From positions 33,891 through 97,890 of the forward strand of contig JAXDQU010000079.1 of assembly GCA_034667685.1 (NCBI GenBank): a DNA stretch of 64,000 nucleotides. The letters are read 5' to 3'. The position numbers and the translations under genes are program-made. The DNA is from Thermoplasmata archaeon. GTDB taxonomy: Archaea > Thermoplasmatota > SW-10-69-26 > JACQPN01 > JAJPHT01. The notes beneath the pieces are model-generated. The model saw only the letters and a list, made by a program, of their open reading frames with translations. It had not been told where the DNA came from and ran no database searches. This document shows, piece by piece, positions 54,460-63,578 of this stretch (the first letter of the stretch is position 1; every line of letters begins with the position of its first letter).

Positions 54460-56277
54460 GTGCCCACTCACCGCGCGCCCGTGCCCACCACCGCCCGGAG
54501 CCTTCTTGCGACCGTCCGGGAGCGCGCGATCGCGGACCACGGCGCGGTGGGCGACGGGCGCAGCGTCGCGCTGCTCGCCAGCGACGGCACGCTCGACTGG
54601 TGGTGCCCCGGCCGCTTCGACGCGCCCAGCGCGTTCGGCGCGATCCTGGACGCGGAGCGCGGCGGCCACTTCCGCCTCGGGCCCACGGTGGAGGCCGCCA
54701 GCCTGATGCGCTACGTCTCCGACACGAACGTGCTCGAGACGCTCCACACGACCCGCGCCGGGCGCGTGCGCGTCTGCGACTTCATGCCCTTCCCCGACGA
54801 GAGCGGCGTCGAGGACGCGGTGCTCGTCCGCCGCGTGGAGGGCATCGAGGGCACGGTCGAGCTGGCGCTCTCCTTCCAGCCGCGCTTCGCCTACGGGCAG
54901 GTGACGCCGCGCCTCTCGCGCACGCCCGCCGGCCTGCTCGCGCGGGGCGCCGGCGAGATCATGCTGCTCCAGGCGCCCGAGGCGATCTGCGCGCCCGAGG
55001 CCCGCGTCCTGGTCGGCGAGGGCGAGCGCTTCGACGTCATGCTGCGGCACCGGCCCTTCGACGCGCCCGTGCCGTTCGACGCGCCGCTGGCCGCCTCCCC
55101 CGCGCGGCTGGAGGCGAAGACCGTCGCGCGCTGGCGGGCGTGGAGCGCGCAGACGCGCTTCGAGGGCCCCGAGGCGCCCATGGTCCGCCGCAGCGCGCTC
55201 GCGCTCAAGCTCCTCCAGTACGCGCCCACCGGCGCACTCGTGGCGGCGCCCACGACCAGCCTGCCCGAGGGGATCGGCGGCGTGCGCAACTGGGACTACC
55301 GGTTCGCGTGGCTGCGCGACGCGGCGCTCTGCGCGAAGGCGCTCCAGGACGTCGGGCACGCCGAGGAGGCGCAGCGCTTCACGCGCTGGGTCGAGGCGAC
55401 GCTGCGCGACCCGGCCGACATGCGCGTGATGTACACCGTCTCGGGGCAGAGCGACCTCGACGAGCGCGAGCTGCCCCACCTGCGCGGCCACCGCGCCAGC
55501 GCGCCCGTCCGCGTCGGCAACGGCGCGGCCACGCAGCGCCAGCTCGACGTCTACGGCGAATTGCTCGGCTACCTGCGCGAGTCGGGCACCGCCGGCGCCG
55601 CGACGTGGCCCCTGGCGCGCGGCCTGGCCGACCACGTGGCGCGCACCTGGCGCGAGCCGGACAGCGGCATCTGGGAGATGCGCGCCGAGCCGCGCCACTT
55701 CGTGCTCAGCAAGGCGATGGCGTGGGTCGCGCTGACCTCCGCTGCCCAGATGGCGCGCGAGCAGGGGTTCGCCGGTGATATCACGGGCTGGGAGCGCGAG
55801 GCCGACGCGATCCGCGCGCAGGTCGAGCAGCAAGGCGTCGACGCCCGGCTGGGCTTCGTCCAGGCCTATGGCTTCGCCGCGCCCGACGCCTCGAACCTGC
55901 TCCTGCCCATCGTCGGCTTCGTGGACGCGCGCGACCCGCGCATGCTCGCCACGACGCGCGCCGTCCTCGACAAGCTCACCGCCAACGGCCTCGTCTACCG
56001 CTATCACAACGCGGACGGGCTGCCCGGCGGCGAGGCGACGTTCGCCTACTGCACGTTCTGGCTCGTCGAGGTGCTCGCCATGCAGGGCGAGACGCAGCAG
56101 GCGCGCCAGCTCTTCGAGGCGCTGCTCGCCCGCGCGACGCCCCTGGGCCTCTTCGCCGAGGAGATCGACGAGAAGACCGGCGAGCACCTGGGCAACTTCC
56201 CGCAGGGCTTCCCGCACGCGGGCCTGATCGCGGCTGCCTTGGCGCTCAAGCGCGCGGAAAGCTCCGCGCTCCGCTGA
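54460..56277 (+). CDS. Glycoside hydrolase family 15 (glucoamylase/trehalase-like, (alpha/alpha)6 barrel)
   Basis: GVRNWDYRFAWLRDAA...DSGIWEMR...GFVQAYGF. GTG start. Confidence 0.85.
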   Translation: MPTHRAPVPTTARSLLATVRERAIADHGAVGDGRSVALLASDGTLDWWCPGRFDAPSAFGAILDAERGGHFRLGPTVEAASLMRYVSDTNVLETLHTTRAGRVRVCDFMPFPDESGVEDAVLVRRVEGIEGTVELALSFQPRFAYGQVTPRLSRTPAGLLARGAGEIMLLQAPEAICAPEARVLVGEGERFDVMLRHRPFDAPVPFDAPLAASPARLEAKTVARWRAWSAQTRFEGPEAPMVRRSALALKLLQYAPTGALVAAPTTSLPEGIGGVRNWDYRFAWLRDAALCAKALQDVGHAEEAQRFTRWVEATLRDPADMRVMYTVSGQSDLDERELPHLRGHRASAPVRVGNGAATQRQLDVYGELLGYLRESGTAGAATWPLARGLADHVARTWREPDSGIWEMRAEPRHFVLSKAMAWVALTSAAQMAREQGFAGDITGWEREADAIRAQVEQQGVDARLGFVQAYGFAAPDASNLLLPIVGFVDARDPRMLATTRAVLDKLTANGLVYRYHNADGLPGGEATFAYCTFWLVEVLAMQGETQQARQLFEALLARATPLGLFAEEIDEKTGEHLGNFPQGFPHAGLIAAALALKRAESSALR

Positions 56278-56315
56278 TGAGACAGCGGATGCCGGCGCGC
56301 CCCGCGCGGAAAGCC

Positions 56316-56372
56316 ACGGAATCTCCGAATCTCCGAATCACGCCGTAGATTCCGAGATTCGGAGATTCCGTG
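56316..56372. repeat. Hairpin (GAATCTCC)x2 / (GGAGATTC)x2 after the GH15 stop
   Basis: cacggaatctccgaatctccgaatc acgccgta gattccgagattcggagattccgtg. Confidence 0.7.
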
Positions 56373-56453
56373 TTTCTCCGCCGGAGGCGGCCGAGGCCGA
56401 GCCTCATGCAGCGCGCCAGAAGGGTCATCCACAGCGGGGCGGCTGCCCCGCGC

Positions 56454-56732
56454 ATGGCGACGATGCAGTGGCCCAAGGGCTGGAACGTGAGCGCGGACGG
56501 CAAGCGCGTCGAGACCAAGGTCGAAACAGAGGACTTCCTCGCCGCGATGAAGCTCTTGAATGACCTCGCGCCCGTGGCGGAGAAGCTGGAGCACCACCCC
56601 GACCTGCACGTCGAGCAGTGGAACCACGTCCGCATCGTGAGCTACTCGCACGACGTCGGGCACCTCACGGAGCGCGACGAGAAGCTCGCCGCCGAGATCG
56701 AGAAGGTCCTGGCGAAGCACGGCCTTCGGTAG
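56454..56732 (+). CDS. Pterin-4a-carbinolamine dehydratase (PCD/DCoH)
   Basis: LEHHPDLHVEQWNHVRIVSYSHDVGHLTERDEKLAAEIE is the PCD signature. Start taken at MATMQW. Confidence 0.8.
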   Translation: MATMQWPKGWNVSADGKRVETKVETEDFLAAMKLLNDLAPVAEKLEHHPDLHVEQWNHVRIVSYSHDVGHLTERDEKLAAEIEKVLAKHGLR

Positions 56733-56765
56733 GGCTTTACACGCTCAGCGGGTGTTCCAGGCGCG

Positions 56766-57047
56766 ATGGCGGGGATCACGCTCACGCTGCCGCGCTCCTT
56801 GCGCGACTACTGGGCCGGGGACCCCGAGGTCCGCCTCGAGGCGAAGACGCTCGCCGAGGCGCTCGCGGAGGTGGGCCGCCGATGGCCCGGCCTCGCCGAG
56901 CGCATCCTCGACGACGCGGGCCGCGTGCGCCCGCACGTCGGCCTCTTCGTCAACGCGCTTCCGGTGATGCACCGCGACCCGCGCGAGGTCGGCCTGGCCG
57001 AGGGTGATATCATCCGCGTGCTGCCCGCCGTGAGTGGAGGATGCTGA
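56766..57047 (+). CDS. MoaD/ThiS-like ubiquitin-fold sulfur carrier (SAMP-like) ending in GGC
   Basis: MAGITLTLPRSLRDYWAG...EGDIIRVLPAVSGGC: beta-grasp pattern, with a C-terminal Gly-Gly followed by one extra Cys. Confidence 0.55.
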   Translation: MAGITLTLPRSLRDYWAGDPEVRLEAKTLAEALAEVGRRWPGLAERILDDAGRVRPHVGLFVNALPVMHRDPREVGLAEGDIIRVLPAVSGGC

Positions 57048-58140
57048 GTTGGTGTCGAAGGGCGAGACGGTCGTGGTCGTCGGAACGCGCAAGGGACTCT
57101 TCGTCGCGCACAGCCGCGACCGGCGCCGCTGGAAGATGGACGGCCCCTTCTTCGAGGGCATCGAGGTGCCGCACGCCTTCCTCGACCCGCGCGACGGCAA
57201 GACCGTCTGGGCCGCGCCGCACAGCATGCACTGGGGGCCCACCGTGCGCGCCACGAAGGACTGGGGCAAGCGCTGGACCAAGCCCGCCTCGGGCCCGAAG
57301 TACCGCGAAGGGAGCGGCCTCTCCGTGGCCAAGGTCTGGCACGTGGAGCCCGGCCTCGAAGGCGACCTGTGGGCGGGCGTGGAGCCCGCGGGCCTCTTCC
57401 GCAGCGTGGACGGCGGCGCGAGCTGGGAAGGCGTCGACGGCTTCAACGACCAGCCCACGCGCAAGGACTGGACGCCCGGAGGCGGCGGTCTCTGCCTCCA
57501 CACGATTCTGCCCTACCCCGGAGAGCCGAAGCGCATGGTCGCGTCCGCGAGCGCCGTGGGCATCTTCGGCACGAACGACGGCGGCGCCTCGTGGCGCGTC
57601 ATGAACGGCGGCATCCGCGCGGACCACCTGCCCGCCGGCAAGCTCGACGAGGGCATGATCGGCTCCTGCCCGCACAAGCTCGTGCGCGACGCGAAGGACC
57701 CCGCGACGCTCTACATGCAGAACCACTTCGGGATCTACAGGCGCAAGCGCGGCGACGCGGCGTGGACCGACATCAGCAAGGGGCTGCCCAGCCGCTTCGG
57801 CTTCCCGATGGTCGCGCATCCGCACGACGCGGGCACCGTCTACACCGTGCCGCTGGAGGCCGATAGCAATCGCGTGACGCCCGAGGGCGCGATGGCCGTG
57901 TGGCGCACGAAGAACGGCGGCAAGACGTGGCAGCGCCTCAGCAAGGGCCTGCCGCAGAAGGGCGCGTACCACACGATCCTGCGCGAGGGCATGGCGACCG
58001 ACGGCAAGGACCCCGCGGGCCTCTACGTCGGCACGACGACCGGGCAGCTCTACGCGAGCCGCGACGAGGGCGCGGCGTGGACCGAGATCGCCGCGACGCT
58101 GCCGCCGATCCTCAGCGTCGAAGCGGGCATCGCGCGATAG
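57034..58140 (+). CDS. BNR/Ycf48-like beta-propeller protein
   Basis: SVDGGASW, TNDGGASW, TKNGGKTW and SRDEGAAW BNR-like motifs. GTG start overlapping the MoaD-like stop. Confidence 0.6.
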   Translation: MEDAELVSKGETVVVVGTRKGLFVAHSRDRRRWKMDGPFFEGIEVPHAFLDPRDGKTVWAAPHSMHWGPTVRATKDWGKRWTKPASGPKYREGSGLSVAKVWHVEPGLEGDLWAGVEPAGLFRSVDGGASWEGVDGFNDQPTRKDWTPGGGGLCLHTILPYPGEPKRMVASASAVGIFGTNDGGASWRVMNGGIRADHLPAGKLDEGMIGSCPHKLVRDAKDPATLYMQNHFGIYRRKRGDAAWTDISKGLPSRFGFPMVAHPHDAGTVYTVPLEADSNRVTPEGAMAVWRTKNGGKTWQRLSKGLPQKGAYHTILREGMATDGKDPAGLYVGTTTGQLYASRDEGAAWTEIAATLPPILSVEAGIAR

Positions 58141-58145
58141 TCTGG

Positions 58146-58750
58146 TCAGGATCTGCGAAGCGCCCGTTTCGTGTACCGGCGTCTGACCTCGTTGCCAAGG
58201 CCAGCGAGGTCGCCGTAGAGGTTGGCGTCGGCAACTCCGAGGTTCAGGAGGTAGTCGTGGTTCTCGTCGTTCTTCGACGTCTCGATGACAATCTTCGTCA
58301 ACGCATCCCCCTGGAGCTCCTGGAGCGGCTCGGTCGCGGTTCCGAACACGACGGAACACCCGCTCTGGGCCCCGACGCGGTGGTTTGAGTGGGGAAGGAT
58401 GACGGCCGCGGGCAGGCGGGGCAGGCTGGAGCCGTCCACGCCAGCCTTCGTGAAGTGCGGCGGCCAATACGAGGCGAGGTCGCGCGCCTTGGGAACTCGA
58501 CGACGCCGGCGTTCTCGTTGAACTTGCTCCAGTTCATCATCCAGAGGACCGGATTGGCATCGGCGTACTTCTCCAGCGTGAAGAACAGGGCCGGCAGCGG
58601 GCTGAACGTCCAATCAAGGAGCCGCGTGGGCACGCCATAGTGTTGCATCAGGCAGAGCCATTCGTACCCGGTTCTCGGGGGCGGCTGCGAGCCGAGGAAG
58701 CGCGGAGAATGCGTCGTGAAGTGGTGGTGCATGTCCCACTCCTGCTCCCG
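58146..58750 (-). pseudogene. FRG-domain protein gene, frameshifted
   Basis: N-terminal part (FLGSQ...LMQHYGVPTRLLDWTFSPLPALFF = FRG core) is in the frame of ORF 58298..58936. C-terminal part (...LYGDLAGLGNE...) is in the frame of ORF 58146..58613. Local GC is visibly lower than the surroundings. Confidence 0.5.
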
Positions 58751-59381
58751 CATGGACTTCTCGCGTTCTTGGGCGCCATGTTGGGCGATAGAGGGACGGG
58801 AGCAGGGCGCGACCCTCAGACTCGCCTCGGAATGCCGGGCGAGCGACCCGGGACTTTCCGGCAGCGATCGCGTCAAGCTCCCATTCCTGAGATATTTGCT
58901 CGACGGCGGCCAAGGCCGAGACGATCGTGTCGACACGGATCTCGCGGATCTTTCCCACGGCTAACACCGACGCGCGAGGGCCGCGGGGCCTCATGAAGGC
59001 GCACCGTTGACTCTTTTCACCGAGTTATCCCAGCTATCAGCCCAGGTCTCAGAGCCCCATCCCGCGTTACCGCGAAGGCAAGCGCCTCGGGGCGCCATGC
59101 CCAGGCGCGCGCCGACGAACGTGTCCCAGCCGGCCTCTGCCTCGCGCCGCCGTGCGACGCCCGCGACGTCGAGACCCGCGATGGTGCCCAGCAGCGGGTC
59201 GGGCTGTCGCAGGACGAGCAGGTCAGCGGCCCGGATGGCACGAGCGCCGCGATGCCCCCTCAGGAGGCCGGCGCGCGCGGCCTCCCCGCGTCGGGAGCGG
59301 CGGGCCGGCGCAAGATCATGCTGCGTCGGAAAGCCGTTGCACCACGAACCCTAACCCGGCCCGCGCGCGTGGCTGGCCACC

Positions 59382-59585
59382 ATGCGAGCCATGTCCCTTG
59401 TCCTCGTCGGCGCGCTGCTGGCGATGGCCGTCGTGTCCTTCGTCCCCTCGGCGTCCGCGACCTGCGACCCGCGCGACCCGTCCCAGACCGTCCCGTGCGT
59501 CGAGGACTTCGTCGTCAACGGCGGCTGCATGGTGAACCCGCTCTACGGCACCGTGCCCAAGCAGGCCGAGTACCAGTGCTGGTAG
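59382..59585 (+). CDS. Small secreted Cys-containing peptide, hypothetical
   Basis: Signal peptide MRAMSLVLVGALLAMAVVSFVPSASA plus 40 aa with five Cys. Weak. Confidence 0.3.
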   Translation: MRAMSLVLVGALLAMAVVSFVPSASATCDPRDPSQTVPCVEDFVVNGGCMVNPLYGTVPKQAEYQCW

Positions 59586-59843
59586 GCGGTCACGCCGCGC
59601 TTGCGCGCTCGGGCGCGTAGCGGCGCAGCGAGGAGGCGAGCGAGGCCCACCCGGGCCTGCACGGCCTCCGCGGCGAGGCGCAGCATGGCGATGCCCGCGC
59701 GCGAGCCCTGCGACGAAGCCCACGACGAACGACGCGGCGAAGCCGAGCGCGCCCCACTGGGGCGGCGTCACGGCCGCGGAGCGGATCGCGGAAGCAAGGA
59801 ACGGATCGGAAATGTTCAAGCGCCGCGCCACGCGCTCCGGCCC

Positions 59844-60686
59844 ATGCGTCGGGCGCTCGTCCTGATGGTCCTCGTTCTCGCCGCGGCGCCGCTCGCGCAG
59901 GCGCAGTCCGCCATGCGCCTCGACGTCGCTCCCTTCACGGGCCCGCAGCCGGTGCTCCGGAACCTGACGGTGGCCGCGTCGGTCGTGGTGCCCTGCTCGG
60001 TCCTCCAGAACGGGACCGCGTCGGGCGTCGTCGCGCTGCTCGGCGCGCCCAGCTGGCTGACGATGGAGCCCAACGGGACGGAGTTCACGGTGGGCCCGTG
60101 CGGCGCGGACCCGCAGGTGGCGGACCTCCAGCTCACGCTGCGCCTCGACGCCGACGCGCCCGCGCTGGCAGGCGCGAACGCGGTGCTCGAAGCGCGCCTC
60201 CTGGGGCAGCGCGCCGACGCCTCGTTCCCCGTGACGGCGGCCATCTACACGCTCGTGGACGTCTCGCCCGACCGCACGCTGCTCCAGGGCAAGCCGCAGA
60301 GCGTGCTCACGTTCCCGATCCACGTGCGCAACCTGGGCAACGCCGTGACGCGCGTGACGTTCGACGTCGCCGACGCGCCGGCGGGGTGGATCGTGCTCCA
60401 GCCGCAGCCCGTCACGCTCCAGAGCCGGCAGGAGGGCGGGCTCGTCACGGAGGGGACGGTGAACCTCGTCGTGCAGACGCCGCACCGCTTCGGCTCGATC
60501 GACGAGTCCGCGACGCTCCACGTGCACGCCATCGCCGCGCCCGCGCTGGGCTCCGGCCCCAGCGAGGAATCGAACCTGACGCTGACCGCGACGGCGAAGG
60601 GATTCGACGCGCCGGGGCCGGGCGTGCCGCTGCTCGTCGTGGGGCTCGTGGCGGCGGCCGCGCTACTTCGCAAACGCCTGCCGTAG
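59844..60686 (+). CDS. Secreted protein with a C-terminal PGPG-hydrophobic-KRLP sorting-signal-like tail (paralog 1)
   Basis: Signal peptide [20 protein letters not shown], beta-rich body, C-terminus [25 protein letters not shown] (PGF-CTERM-like). Confidence 0.6.
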   Translation: MRRALVLMVLVLAAAPLAQAQSAMRLDVAPFTGPQPVLRNLTVAASVVVPCSVLQNGTASGVVALLGAPSWLTMEPNGTEFTVGPCGADPQVADLQLTLRLDADAPALAGANAVLEARLLGQRADASFPVTAAIYTLVDVSPDRTLLQGKPQSVLTFPIHVRNLGNAVTRVTFDVADAPAGWIVLQPQPVTLQSRQEGGLVTEGTVNLVVQTPHRFGSIDESATLHVHAIAAPALGSGPSEESNLTLTATAKGFDAPGPGVPLLVVGLVAAAALLRKRLP

Positions 60687-62594
60687 GCGCTCCACCACGG
60701 CGGGATCGGCGAGCGTCGTCGCGTCGCCCGCGGGCCTGCCCTCGGCCACGTCGCGCAGCAGGCGGCGCATGATCTTCCCGCTGCGCGTCTTGGGGAGGTC
60801 GGGCGTGAGGATCACGCGCTCGGGGCGCGCGATGGCGCCCAACGTCTTGGCGACGTGCTCGCGGAGGTCGGCTTCGCGGACCTCCGCGCCCGCGCGAGGG
60901 ATGACGTAGGCGACGATGGCCTCGCCCTTGATCGGGTCGTGCTTGCCGATGACGGCGGCCTCGGCGACGGCGGGGTGGCTCACGAGCGCGCTCTCGACCT
61001 CCATCGTGCCGATGCGGTGGCCGGCGACCTTGATCACGTCGTCCACGCGCCCGAGGATCATGTAGTAGCCGCGGTCGCGCTTGGCGCCGTCCTTCGGGAA
61101 GTAGGCGCCGGGGAAGCGGCTCCAGTATTCCTTTTGATAGCGCCCGTCGTCGTTCCACAGCGTGCGGAACATCGCGGGCCACGGCTTCTTGAGCACGAGG
61201 TAGCCGCCCGCGTGCGGGTCGTCCACGGGCTGGCCCTGCTCGTCGAGGATGTCGGCCTCCACGCCCGGAAATGGGCGTCCGGCGAAGCCCGGCCGCGCGG
61301 GGTCGACGCCGGGCAGCGTGGTGATCATGATCATGCCCGTCTCGGTCTGCCACCACGTGTCCACGATGGGGCAGCGTCCGCCGCCGATGCGCTCGCGGTA
61401 CCACATCCACGCCTCGGGGTTGATCGGCTCGCCCACGGTGCCCAGGAGGCGCAGCGTGGAGAGGTCGTGGCGCGCGGGCCACTCCGGGCCCCACTGCATG
61501 AACTGACGGATCGCGGTGGGCGCCGTGTAGAAGATGGTCACGCCGTGCTTCTGCACGATGTCCCAGAAGCGCCCCTTGTCGGGGAAGTCGGGCGAGCCTT
61601 CGTACATCACGACGGTGGCGCCGTTGGCGAGGGGCCCGTAGACGACGTAGCTGTGGCCCGTGACCCAGCCGCAGTCCGCCGTGCAGAAGTAGATATCATC
61701 TTCGCGCAGGTCGAAGACCATCTTCGTCGTCGCGTACACGCCCGTGAGGTAGCCGCCGGTGGTGTGCAGCACGCCCTTGGGCTTGCCCGTCGTGCCGCTG
61801 GTGTAGAGCGTGTAGAGCGGGTCCTCGGCGTCCATGGGCTCGGGCGGAGCGTGCTCGCTCTGCGAGGGGACGAGGTCGTGCCACCACACGTCGCGGCGCG
61901 GCGTCATGGGCACCTCCTTCCCCGTGCGGCGCAGCACGAGCACGCGCTCGATGGTGGGGCATTGCGCGACGGCCTCGTCCACCGTGAGCTTGAGCGGCAC
62001 CACGTTCCCGCGGCGGTAGCCCCCGTCGGCCGTGATCACGAGCTTAGCGCCCGCGTCCTGGACGCGGCTGGCGAGCGCCTGCGCGCTGAAGCCGCCGAAG
62101 ACGACGCTGTGGATCGCGCCCACGTGCGCGCACGCGAGCATCGCGATCGCGATCTCGGGCACCATGGGCAGGTAGATCGCGACGCGGTCGCCCTTGGCGA
62201 TGCCCAGCTCCCGGAGCGCGTTGGCGAGCTTGCCGACCTCGCGCGAAAGCTCGGCGTAGGTGAGCGTACGCGTCTCGCCTGGCTCCCCCTCCCACACGAT
62301 CGCGGGCTTGGCGCGCCGGGGACCGCGCGCGTGGCGGTGGGCGCAGTTCTCCGCGACGTTGAGCTTGCCGCCGACGAACCACTTCGCGTGCGGCGGGTCC
62401 CACTCCAGGACGTTTTGCCACGGGCGGATCCAGAGCAGCTCCCGGGCGAGGTCGCTCCAGAACGTCTCGGGGTCCGCCGCGGCGCGCGCGTACACGTCGG
62501 GGTCGCGCACGAGCGCCTGGTCGCGGAACGCGGGCGGGGGCGGGAAGGCGCGCTCCTCCGCGAGCAGCGACTCGATGGTCGGCGCGTCCGGCAT
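60663..62594 (-). CDS. acs: Acetyl-CoA synthetase (AMP-forming)
   Basis: Full-length ACS: [12 protein letters not shown] (AMP-binding), [23 protein letters not shown]. Confidence 0.95.
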   Translation of the reverse strand: MPDAPTIESLLAEERAFPPPPAFRDQALVRDPDVYARAAADPETFWSDLARELLWIRPWQNVLEWDPPHAKWFVGGKLNVAENCAHRHARGPRRAKPAIVWEGEPGETRTLTYAELSREVGKLANALRELGIAKGDRVAIYLPMVPEIAIAMLACAHVGAIHSVVFGGFSAQALASRVQDAGAKLVITADGGYRRGNVVPLKLTVDEAVAQCPTIERVLVLRRTGKEVPMTPRRDVWWHDLVPSQSEHAPPEPMDAEDPLYTLYTSGTTGKPKGVLHTTGGYLTGVYATTKMVFDLREDDIYFCTADCGWVTGHSYVVYGPLANGATVVMYEGSPDFPDKGRFWDIVQKHGVTIFYTAPTAIRQFMQWGPEWPARHDLSTLRLLGTVGEPINPEAWMWYRERIGGGRCPIVDTWWQTETGMIMITTLPGVDPARPGFAGRPFPGVEADILDEQGQPVDDPHAGGYLVLKKPWPAMFRTLWNDDGRYQKEYWSRFPGAYFPKDGAKRDRGYYMILGRVDDVIKVAGHRIGTMEVESALVSHPAVAEAAVIGKHDPIKGEAIVAYVIPRAGAEVREADLREHVAKTLGAIARPERVILTPDLPKTRSGKIMRRLLRDVAEGRPAGDATTLADPAVVERLRQAFAK

Positions 62595-62666
62595 CGAGCC
62601 TCAAGCAAGGCGACGGCAAGCTTGATGTTGCCGCTTGGCGAGCGGCCCTTCGTGCGCGGCGCGCCC

Positions 62667-63578
62667 ATGATCCTCGTCCTGCTGGCTCTTCCGCTCGTGG
62701 CGGCGCAGCCCGGCCCGCTCGCGGCGCCCGCCGTCTCGCTGATGCCGGACCCGCCCAAGGACCCGATCCAGCCCCTCGCCGGCGCGGTCAGCTTCCCCGT
62801 GCGCGTGCACCTGACGTGCGACGCCTCGAACGCGGGCCAGCCGATCCACCTCGCGTTCCGCGTCACGCGCTCGCCCGCGTGGGCGACGCCGGTCCTCTCG
62901 CCCACCTCGATGGACGCGGACGGCTCGACGTGCGCGCAGCAGGGCGGCGTCGACCTGAGCCTCTCGGTCAACGTCCAGGCCAGCGACCAGGCGCCGGCGT
63001 TCGTCCCCGACGCGCTGGAGATCGACGCGCTCGCCGACGAGCCCTTCCACGCGACGGGCGAGACGAAGGCGACGACGCAGATCGCGGCCGGCTACTTCTC
63101 GATCATCGACGCGAGCGCGCCCGAGACGGAGCGCGGCCTCCCGCCGGGCGGCATCACGACCTTCCCCGTCGACTTCACCAACATGGGCAACGGGGCGACG
63201 AAGATCGTCTTCGAGACCGCGACGACCAGCCGGGACGTCATCGCCGTGGCGCCCACGCCGATCGTGCTCCAGAGCAAGCAGACTGGCGGGACGCAGATCG
63301 GCGCCGTCGTGCCGCTCCAGGTCCACCGCGCCGCCGACTCGCCGCGCACGCAGGAGACGGTCACGCTCCGCTGGCGCGCCTCCTACGCGCTCGACGGCAA
63401 GCTCGCGGGAGACAGCGGCGTGCTGACCTTCGTCGTGGGCAACGGCGCCGCGGCGCCCGACACGCGGCAGCAGGCCGACGACGCGCTCAACCAGGTCAAG
63501 CAGGCGCCCGGGCCGGGCCTCGGGATGCTCGTGCCCGCGCTCGCCGGCCTCGCGATGCTGGCGCGCCGCCTGCGCTAA
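62667..63578 (+). CDS. Secreted protein with a C-terminal PGPG-hydrophobic-RRLR tail (paralog 2)
   Basis: Signal peptide MILVLLALPLVAAQP, same architecture as 59844..60686, C-terminus APGPGLGMLVPALAGLAMLARRLR. An alternative start at 62625 is possible. Confidence 0.6.
   Translation: MILVLLALPLVAAQPGPLAAPAVSLMPDPPKDPIQPLAGAVSFPVRVHLTCDASNAGQPIHLAFRVTRSPAWATPVLSPTSMDADGSTCAQQGGVDLSLSVNVQASDQAPAFVPDALEIDALADEPFHATGETKATTQIAAGYFSIIDASAPETERGLPPGGITTFPVDFTNMGNGATKIVFETATTSRDVIAVAPTPIVLQSKQTGGTQIGAVVPLQVHRAADSPRTQETVTLRWRASYALDGKLAGDSGVLTFVVGNGAAAPDTRQQADDALNQVKQAPGPGLGMLVPALAGLAMLARRLR

Noticed and set aside
52828-56217. 1129-aa ORF taken at face value
   Set aside because: Only the C-terminal 467 aa form a GT4 domain. 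The remainder runs antisense across the GH15 gene and through a hairpin repeat
4275-57014. GATATC enrichment read as ordinary Asp-Ile coding
   Set aside because: Only partly rejected. All sites are in frame as GAT-ATC, but the consistent T before and A after, and the use of GAT in a GAC-dominated genome, are not explained by coding alone. This is kept as a finding
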